This document shows, one piece after another, positions 54,927-64,000 of a DNA stretch of 64,000 bases. Under the pieces are notes generated by a model. The model searched no databases and was not told the DNA's origin. It saw only the letters and a program-made list of their open reading frames with translations. This DNA comes from Mobula hypostoma (lineage: Eukaryota), in contig NC_086097.1 of assembly GCF_963921235.1 (NCBI RefSeq), forward strand, positions 193,938,001 through 194,002,000, written 5' to 3'. How positions within the stretch are numbered: position 1 is the first letter of the stretch; each line of letters begins with the position of its first letter. Both the position numbers and the translations under genes were made by a program.

Positions 54927-56293
54927 CATAGACCATAAGATGTAGGAGCAGAATTAGGCTATTTGACCCAGTGAGCCTGCTCCACCATTTCATCGTGGCT
55001 GATCCATTTCCTGCAGAACCCATTTTCCTGCCTTCTTTCCATAACCTTTCACACACTGACTAATCCAGAGCCTTCCAATCCCTGCCTTAAATGCATCCGG
55101 TAACCTGCCCTCCACTGCCGCCTGTGCCAATGAGTTCCAAAGGTTTATCACCCTCTGGCTAAATAAATTCCCGCTCATCTCAATTCGAAATGGACATCCC
55201 TCTATTTTGAGGCTGTGTGCTCTGGTCCTAGACTCCCCTACTGTAGGAAACGTTCTCTCCACATTCATTCTATCTGGGCTCTTCAACACTCGATAGGCTT
55301 CAGTAATTCCAATGAGTACAGGCCGAGAGTCTTCAATCATCGCCCATATGATAAACCTTTCATTCCTGGAATCATTCTCATGAACCTCTTCTGAACCCTC
55401 TTCAATGTCAGCGCACCCTTCCTTAGATAAGGAGCCCAAAACTGGCTCACAACACTCCAAGTGAGGCCTCACCAGTGCCTTATACTGACTCAACATTACA
55501 TCCTAGCTTTTATGTTCTAGTCCTCTCGAAATGAATGCTAACATTGCATTTACCTTCCTCACCAGCAACTCAACCTGCAAGATAACCTTTTAGGGAAATC
55601 CTGCACAAGGACTCCCAAGTCCCTTTGCACCTTGGATTTTGAATTTTGGCTCCATTTAGAAAATGGTCTATGCTTTTGTTCCTTCTGCCAAAATGCATGA
55701 CCATGTGCTTTCTGGCACTGTATTCCCTCTGCCATTACCTTGGCCATTCTCCCAATCTATCCAAGTCCTTCTGCAGCCTCTCTGCTTCCCCAGCACTACC
55801 TGCTTTTTCGTTTGTCTTACCATCTGCAAACAAACCATCAATTTTATCATCCAAATTGTTGATATACAGCATAACATGAATCGGTCCAACACAGACCCCT
55901 GTGGAAAACCACGAGTCACCAGCAACCAATCTAAAAAAGAGCAACACACACACAATGCTGGAGGAATTCAGCAGGCCAGACAGAATCCAGGAAAAGAGTA
56001 TAGTCGACATTTTGGGCCGCCATTTCCTTGTCCATCGTTATTATATCACCTGTGTCATTTTCCAATGGTCCAATATCTACTCTTGTCACTCTTTTACTCT
56101 TTATATTTTGGAAAAAAACTTTTGGTATAATTTTTGATATTATTTGCTAGCTTAACTTCATATTTAGTCTTCCATCTCTCCCCCGCCATGAGTTTTTTTA
56201 GTTGCCTTCTGTTGATTTCTTTTAAGTTCCGAATTCTCTAACTATCCACTAATTTTTGTTTTATTATATGCCCTCTCTTTGGCTTTTATGGCT
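54927..56293 (-). mobile_element. Decayed CR1 LINE 3' part (RT C-terminus), internally deleted at a Penelope fragment
   Basis: Tail (cataga/cataaga)n; minus-strand YKALVRPHLECC, FSQRVINLWNSL, GFPQGSVL, FAD.K, LQKDLDRLGEW; 56020-56293 jumps to a more upstream ORF2 region. Confidence 0.85.
55941..56019 (-). mobile_element. 79-bp Penelope terminal fragment (3' half of the hammerhead only)
   Basis: gcaacacacacacaatgctggaggaattcagcaggccag...gagtatagtcgacattttgggccg, homologous to 48141-48218. Confidence 0.75.
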
Positions 56294-57331
56294 CCATTAA
56301 TTTAAGCTACTGAATTATATCCAGTTGTTTACACAACATTCAATCCAGAATTGCTGATTTTCTCTGCCCCCCCCCCCCCCCCAGTGTGCTCAACCTCAAA
56401 CTACTCCAAGAAGCCAAGGAATAAAGTCCTAACCTATTTAATCTTTTCTTATAACTCAGGCTTTCCAGTCCTGGTAATATCCTTGTAAATTTTCCTTGTA
56501 CTCTTTCAACTTTATTTACATCTTAACTGTTGGTAGATGAACAAAATTGTACATAATACTCCAAATTAGTCCCCACCAACATCTTTTACAACTTCAAAAT
56601 AACATCCCAGCTCCTGTACTCAATTCATTGATTTATGTAGGCCAATGTGCCAAAAGCTTTCTTTACGACCCTATCTGTCCCACAACTTTCAATGAGTTGT
56701 AGACCCGTTTTCCCCAATCCTTTTTTTAAACTGCACTTCTCAGTGCCCTACCGTTCACTGTGTAAGACCTACCCTGGTTGGTCCTACTGAAATGCAATGC
56801 ACCACACTTGTCTGCATTAAATTTCATCTGCCATTTTGTTTAGCCCATTCTTCCAGCTGGTCCAGATCCCACTGCAAGCTCTAATAGTCTTCGTCACTGT
56901 CCACTGCATTCCCAGTCTTGGTGTCATCCGCAGTTTGCTGATCCAGTTAGCCACATTATCATCCAGATCATCGATATAGATGGCAAACAACAATAGACCC
57001 AACACTGATCCCTGCAGCACTCCATTAGTCACAAGCCTTCAGTCAGAGAGGTAACCATCTAATATCACTCTCTGGCTTCTCCAACAAAGCCAATGTCTAA
57101 TCAAATGTATTACCTCCTCTTGAATGCCAAGTGACTGAATCTTCCTGACATGCCTCCCAGACAGAATCTTGTCAAATGCCTTGCTAAAGTCCATATAGAG
57201 AATATCTACTGCCTTGCCTTCATCAACTTCCCTGGTAACTTCCTCAAAGATTCCATAGGATTGGTTAAACATAACTTCTTGTACACTAGGCCATGCTTGC
57301 TATCGTTAATCAGTCCCAGTCTATGCAAATA

Positions 57332-57881
57332 CAGGTGTGTGCTGCTTAACGTCCATTCGGACAACATTCGATCGCATATACGTCCGTAGTCCCGATCGGA
57401 GAACATGACATAGCGGACATAACCAATCTCGTGTATCGCGCGTCTCTTGAGTGTAGTAGCGTTATCTCCTTGTTTAATTTTCTTTCGAAAATATTACCGT
57501 AAAGTGCATCATGGCTTCCAAACGCAGGTTATTTGACTGAAAACTCTTCCAGTGGAACACTATGAGGAAGTTGAGAATAGTGATGTGGATGATCCTGATC
57601 ATCTTTGATAATTTGTGTGTTATATAGGCTAAGAAAGTGTTTACATAAAAGTTTAAAAAGTGAAAAAAATTAAAAAGGTTAAAATGAAATAAATTAGTGT
57701 ATGTATTATAGTGTACAGTATACAGTTTTAGTGTAAGTTTGAGGCTATTTAGTCAATACAGGTACACTACAGTACTCCATATAGGTTTGCTAAGTATATA
57801 ATATGGTGTTTGCACAAAGTCCAAATCACTTAACGTCCTATTTCACAGAACGTATCATGAACATTAAGCGACGCATATCTG
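57332..57881 (+). mobile_element. Non-autonomous Tc1/mariner-pogo (Tigger-like) DNA transposon / MITE, 550 bp
   Basis: TA on both flanks (57330-57331, 57882-57883); imperfect TIRs CAGGTGTGTGCTGCTTAACGT / ACATTAAGCGACGCATATCTG (15/21); remnant ATGGCTTCCAAACGC start at 57511; host CR1 rejoins at the TA. Confidence 0.85.
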
Positions 57882-58043
57882 TACTCGTATCTGGTCCCGT
57901 AGTATAGCTTCCACTAACTTCCCCATAACTGATCTCAGGCTCACCGGCCTATAATCTCCTGCTTTTATTTTTAGAGCCTTTCTTAAACAATAGAACAACA
58001 TTAGTTATCCTCCTGTACCTCACCTGTCACTAAGGATGATTTA

Positions 58044-59649
58044 CAGTGCCTGTAAAAAGTATTCCCCACCCACCCACCCTTGGAAGTTTTCATATTTTAT
58101 TGTTTTACAACATTGAATCATAGTGGATCAAATTTGGCTTTTTTGACACTGATCAACAGAAAAATACTCTTCTGTGTCAAAGTGAAAACAATCTCTACAA
58201 AGTAGTCTAAATGAATTATAAATATAATAAAACACAATAGATTGCATAAGTATTCACCCCCTTTAAGTTGGTATTTTGTAAATGCATCATTGGCAGCAAT
58301 TATAGCCTTGAGTCTGTTTGGATAGGTCCTGATCAGCTTTGCAGATTTGGTCACTATATTCTTTTCCTATTCACAAAATTGCTCAAGCTCTGTCAGATTG
58401 CATGGGGATTGTGAGTGAACAGCCCTTTTAAGTCCAGCCACAAATTCTCAATTGGATTGAGGTCTGAATGCTGACTTGGCCACTCCAGACATTAACTTTG
58501 TTTTTAAGCTACTCCTGTGCATCTATGGCTTTGTGCTTGAGGTCATTGTCTTGCTGGAAAATATATCTTTTCCTAAGTCGCAATTCTCTTGCAGACTGCA
58601 GCAGGTTTTCCTCCAGGATTTCCCTGTATTTTGCAGCATTCATTTTGCCCCCTACCTTTACAAGCTTTCCAGGGCCTGCTGCAGTGAAGCATCCCCACAA
58701 CATGATGCAGCCACCACCGTGCTTCATGGTAGGGATGGTGTTTTTGATGATGTATGGTGTTTGGCTTATGCCAAGCATAGCTTTTAGTCTGATGGGCAAA
58801 AAACTAAATTTTGGCTTCATCAGATCATAGAGCCTTCTTCCAGCTGTCTTCAGAGTCTCCCACATGCCTTCTGGCAAACTCTAGCTGAGATTTCATGTGA
58901 GTTTCTTTTAACTGTGGATTTCTCTTTGCCAATCTCCCTTAAATCTGCAACTCGTGAAGCACATGGGCAATGGTTGTATCTGCAGTCTTTCCCATCTCAG
59001 CCACTGAAGCTTGCAACTCTTCCAGAGTTGTCATATGTCTCTTGGTGGCCTCCCTCACCAGTCCCGTTCTTGCATGGTCACTCAGTTTTTGAGGGGGCCT
59101 GCTCTAGGCAGATTTACAGCTATGCCAGACTTTCCATTTCTTAATTGACTTAACTGTACTCCAAGGGATATTCCGTGACTTGGAAATTTTCTTGTATCCA
59201 TCTCCTGACTTGTGCTTTTCAATAACATTTTTGCGGAGTTGCTTGGAATGTTTTTTCGTCATCTTGGTGTAGTTTTTGCCAGGATACTGACTCACCAGCA
59301 GTTGGACCTTCCAGATACAGGTGTATTTTTACTGCAGTCAATTGAAACACCTTGACTGCACACACGTGATCTCAATTTAATTATGTGACATTTAAAACCA
59401 ATTGGCTGCACCAGTGATAATTTGGTGTGTCACATTAAAGGGATGAATTCTTATGCAATCAATTATTTTGTGTTTTATATTTGTTACTGATTTATCTCAC
59501 TTTGTAGAGACCTGTTTTCACTTTGAGATGGAAGAGTTTTTTTTATTGAGCAGTGTAAAACAAGCCAAATTGAATCCACTGAGATTCAATGTTGTAAAAC
59601 AATAAGACATGAAAGCTTCCAAGGGGGTGAATACTTTTCTTGGCCACTG
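58044..59649 (-). mobile_element. Full-length Tc1-like DNA transposon (1606 bp) with ~220-bp TIRs
   Basis: TA|CAGTGCCTGTAAAAAGTATTC ... GAATACTTTTCTTGGCCACTG|TA; long inverted repeats at ~58044-58265 and ~59435-59649 with an internal AGTATTCACCCC direct repeat; the host CR1 rejoins at the TA. Confidence 0.93.
58268..59262 (-). pseudogene. Disrupted Tc1 DD34E transposase
   Basis: Fragments: MTKKHSKQLRKNVIEKHKSGDGYKKISK (HTH); SDEAK; TMKHGGGCIMLWGCF; FQQDNDLKHK; WPSQHSDLNPIENLW; KLIRTYPNRLKAIIAA. Multiple frameshifts. Confidence 0.88.
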
Positions 59650-60524
59650 TACATATCTCTGATAGAGCCCCTGCAATTTCTGCACTTGCGTTCCACAGGG
59701 TCCGAAGGAACTCCTTGTCAGGACCTGGGGATTTATTCACCCTAGTTTGTTACAGGACAGCAAACACCTCCTCTGTAATCTGTATTGGGTCTCACTACTG
59801 CTTAGCCTCAATTCCATAGACTCTGTGTCTGTCTCCTAAGTAAATAGAAATGCAGAAAATCCATTTAAGATCTCAGCCATCTCTTTTGGCTCCACACATG
59901 GATTACCATTCTAATCTTTCAGAGGACCAATTTTTGTCCCTTCCAATCCTTTTGCTCTCAACACGGCTGTAGAAACACGTAGAATTCTCCTTCAGATTGT
60001 CTGCTAGGGCAACCCTGTGCTTTCTTTTAGCACTCCTGATTTCTTTCTTCAACGTTCTCTTGCATTTCTTATACTCCATAAATACCTAATTTGTTCCAAC
60101 CTGTCTATACCTACTATGCACCTCCTTTTTTTTTTCTTAACTGGTGTCTCAATATCTTGCAAAGCAAGGATCCCTAAACCTGTTAACTTTACCTTTTATT
60201 CTGACAGGCACATAACTTTGTAATCTCAATATTACTTTTGATTGTCTCCCACTTACCAAGTACAGCTTTGCCAAAAAACAGCCTGTCCCAATCCACACTT
60301 GCCAGATCCTTTCTGATGCCACCAAGTTAGAATCTCAATCCATGGACCAGACCTATCCTTTCTCCATATTTACTTTGAAACTAATGGCATTTGGATCACT
60401 AGATGCAAAGTGTTCCCCTACACAACCTTCTGAACCTGCCCTGTCCCATTCCCTAATACCATACACATATATCACACATACCTTATTGGATCTTCCATGC
60501 ACTGATTAAGGAAACATCATGAAC

Positions 60525-63500
60525 CTAGAACATAGAATAGTACAGCACAGTACAGGCCCTTCAGCCCACAATGTTGTGCTGACCCTCAAACTCTGCCTCC
60601 CATATACCCCCCCCACCTTAAATTCCTCCATATACCTGTCTAGTAGTCTCCTAAATTTCACTAGTGAATCTGCCTCCACCACTGACTCAGGCAGTGCATT
60701 CCACGCACCAACCACTCTCTGAGTAAAAAAACCTTCCTCTAATATCACCCTTGAACTTCCCACTACTTACCTTAAAGCCATGTCCCCTTGTATTGAGCAG
60801 TGTTACCCTGGGGAAGAGGTGCTGGCTGTCCACTCTATCTATTCCTGTTAATATCTTGTATACCTCTATCATGTCTCCTCTCGTCCTCCTTCTCTCCACA
60901 GAGTAAAGCCCGAGCTCCTTTAATCTCTGATCATAATGCATACTCTCTAAACCAGGCAACATCCTAGTAAATCTCCTCTGTACCCTTTCCAATGCTTCCA
61001 CATCCTTCCTATAGTGAGGCGACCAGAACTGGACACAATACTCCAAGTGTGGCCTAACCAGAGATTTATAGAACTGCATCATTAACTCGCAACTCTTAAA
61101 CTCTATTCCTCGACTCATGAAAGCTAACACCCCATAAGCTTTCTTAACTACCCTATCTACCTGTGAGGCAACTTTCAGGCATTTGTGGACATGTACCCCC
61201 AGATCCCTTTGCTCCTCCACACTACCAAGTATTCTGCCATTTACTTTGTACTCTGCCTTGGAGTTTGTCCTTCCAAAGTGTACCACTTCACACTTCTCTG
61301 GGTTGAACTCCATCTGCCACTTCTCAGCCCACTTCTGCATCCTATCAATGTCTCTCTGCAATCTTCGACAATTCTCTACACTATCTACAACACAACACCA
61401 CCCACCTTTGTGTCGTCTGCAAACTCGCCAACCCACCCTTCTACCCCCACATCCAGGTCGTTAATAGAAATCACAAAAAGTAGAGATCCCAGAACCGATC
61501 CTTGTGGGACACTACTAGTCGCAACCTTCCAATCCCAATGTATTCCCTCCACCACAACCCTCTGCCTTCTGCAGGCAAGCCAATTCTGAATCCACCTGGC
61601 CAAACTTCCCTGGATCCCATGCCTTCTGACTTCCTGAATAAGCCTACCATGTGGATCCTTGTCAAATGCCTTACTAAAATCCATGTAGATAACATCCACT
61701 AAACTACCCTCATCTATATGCCTGGTCACCTCCTCAAAGAACTCTATCAGGCTTGTTAGACACGATCTGCCCTTCACAAAACCATGCTGACTGTCCCTGA
61801 TCAGACCATGATTCTCTAAATGTCTATAGATCCTATCTCTAAGAATCTTTTCCAACAGCTTTCCCACCACAGACGTAAGGCTCACTGGTCTATAATTACC
61901 CATACTATCCCTACTACCTTTTTTGAACAAGGAGACAACATTCGCCTCCCTCCAATCCTCCAGTACCATTCCCGTTGACAACGAGGACATAAAGATCGTA
62001 GCCAGAGGGTCAGCAGTCTCTTCCCTCACCTTGTGGAGCAGCCTGGGGAATATTCTGTCAGGCCCCAGGGACTTATCCGTCCTAATGTATATTAACAACT
62101 CCAACACCAACTCTCCCTTAATATCACCATGCTCCAGAGCATCAACCTCACTCATATTGTCCTCACCATCTTCAAATTCCCTCTCATTGGTGAATACCGA
62201 AGAGAAGTATTCATTGAGGACCTTGCTCACTTCCACAGCGTCCAGGCACATCTTCGCACCTTTATCTCTAATCGGTCCTACCTTCACTAATGTCATCTTT
62301 TTGTTCTTCACATAATTGAAGAATGCCTTGGGGTTTTCCTTTACCCTAATGCTAAGGCTTTCTCATGCCCCCTTCTTGCTCTCCTCAGTCCCTTCTTAAG
62401 CTCCTTTCTTGCTACCGTATATTCCTCAATAAACCCATCTGATCCTTGCTTCCTAAACCTCAGGTAACATCATCCCAATTCACACCTGCAAGTTCTAGCC
62501 TTATAGCCTCATAATTTGCCCTTCCCCAATTAAAATTAAATTTCCTGTCCTCTCTGATTCTATCCTTTTCCATGATAATGCTAAAGGCCAGGGAACGGTG
62601 GTCTCTCAAAAGATGTTTGCCCACTGAGAGATCTGTGACCAGACCCGGTATGTTACCTAATCTAGTATGGCATTCCCCCTAGTCGGCCTGTCAACATACT
62701 GTGACAGGAAGCCATCCTGGACACACTTAACAAACTCTGCCCCGTCCAAACCCTTGGATCTAATCAGGTGCCAATCAATATTAGGGAAGTTAAAGTCACC
62801 CATGATAACAACCCTGTGATTTTTGCACCTTTCCAAAATCTGCCTCCCAATCTGCTCCTCGGTATCTCTGCTGCTACCAGGAGGCCCATAGAATACTCCC
62901 AATAGAGTAACTGCTCCCTTCTTGTTCCTGACTCCCACCCATACTGACTCAAAAGAGGATCCTGCTACATTGCCCACCCTTTCTGTAGCTGTAATAGTAT
63001 CCCTGACTAGTAATGCCACCCCTCCTCCCCTCCCCCCCCCCACATCCCTTTTAAAGCACTGAAATCCAGGAATATTGAGAATCCATTCCTGCCCTGGTGC
63101 CAGCCACTAATGGCCACTACATCATAATTCCATGTATGTATCCAAGCTCTCAGTTCATCACCTTTGTTCCTGATGCTTCTTGCATTGAAGTACACACATT
63201 TCAGTCCTTCTACCTTACTGTCTTTACACCATTTATTCTGCTTCTCTTTCCTCAAAGCCTCTCTATATGTTAGATCTGGCTTTACTCCATGCACTTCTTT
63301 CACTGCTCTATTGCTCTGGGTCCCATCCCCCTTGCAAATTAGTTTAAACCCTCCCGAACCATGCTAGCAAACTTACCTGCAAGGATATTGCTCCCCCTCG
63401 AGTTCAGGTGCAACCCATCCAATCTGTACAGGTCCCGCCCTCCCCAGAAGAGATCCCAATGATCCAAAAATCTAAAACCCTGTCCCCTGCACCAACTCCT

Positions 63501-63587
63501 CAGCCACGTATTCAACTGCCATCTCCTCTAATTCTTACCGTCGCTATCACGTAGCACTGGCAGCAATCCTGAGAACACCACACTTGA
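60525..63587 (-). mobile_element. Younger CR1 LINE (~3.06 kb): 3' end of ORF1 (esterase/SGNH-like) plus ORF2 APE-RT with frameshifts and an internal deletion
   Basis: Tail (catagaa/tagaa)n at 60525; RT ORFs 61385-62311 and 60687-61436; APE 62657-63043 and LKCVYFNARSIRNK; 63350-63587 reads GLLPV...LNTWLRSWCRGQGFRFLDHWDLFWG..DLYRLDGLHLN, typical of CR1 ORF1 esterase. Confidence 0.93.
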
Positions 63588-64000
63588 CACATTTGACAAA
63601 CTGTATCCCATCTAATCCTTTTACACTTTGGGAGTCCCAGTCAATATGTTGAAAGTTAAATCACCTATTAGAACAATCTTTTGCTTCTCACAACAGTCTG
63701 CGAACTCTGTACCAATTTGTTCCTCTAAATACCACGGACTGTTGGGTGATCTATAATATAACCTCATTAACATTGTTATACCTTATTCCTCAGTTCCACC
63801 CATACAGCCTTACTAGATGAGTTCTCCATTTTGTCTGACTGAGCACTGCCTTCACATTTTCCCTGACTACTAACGCCACTTCTTCCCTTTTAATCCCTCC
63901 CTCTTAATCCCTCCCTCTGTCGTGTATAAAGCAATAGAACCCCGGAATATTGAGCTGCCAGTCCCACCCCTCCTGCAACCAAGTCTTACTAATGGCTACA

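Larger units (their letters stand above)
56414..64000 (-). mobile_element. Older CR1 LINE ORF2 (RT to APE), decayed, split by three younger insertions; runs off the window
   Basis: Minus-strand pieces: [37 protein letters not shown] and an APE-like end (DWQLNIPGF). The sequence rejoins across 57331/57884, 58043/59652 and 60524/63588. Confidence 0.85.

Noticed and set aside
45586..63367. Numerous 60-160 aa ORFs in the track
   Set aside because: They are off-frame or antisense readings of SINE, LINE, LTR and Tc1 remnants with no independent protein similarity.
60520..63590. Target-site duplication for the younger CR1
   Set aside because: Only 1-3 bp of ambiguous overlap (tga/c) at the junctions, which is not enough to call.
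46480..64000. Further lipin exons (expected next exon with an LATSPI-like motif)
   Set aside because: I found no such motif with splice sites by eye; the next exon probably lies beyond the window. A tblastn would confirm.

Overview
Eukaryotic (vertebrate) genomic DNA. A cartilaginous fish (ray/shark) is likely, inferred only from the V-SINE and CR1/Penelope repeat types. Bases 1-45376 are one huge, strand-asymmetric compound CT/CA/CG microsatellite-derived satellite with kilobase-scale higher-order duplications, C-rich tracts near its right end and a 200-N assembly gap (10010-10209). All the giant S/L/H/T and R/E/V/C ORFs in the track are artefacts of this repeat. Bases 45377-64000 are intronic DNA of a + strand lipin (LPIN, phosphatidate phosphatase) gene, of which one 96-bp coding exon (46384-46479, N-LIP domain) is visible; it is too short for the ORF track. 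By my coordinate tally about 85% of this 18.6 kb is decayed transposon: CR1 LINEs, a Rex1/Babar LINE, Penelope-like elements, a V-SINE, a solo LTR, a Tigger-like MITE and a Tc1 element. Main highlights: degenerate minimal hammerhead ribozymes in the Penelope termini, a four-level nested insertion with recoverable target-site duplications, and a probable >45-kb CU-rich satellite intron. I found no intact novel protein-coding system.
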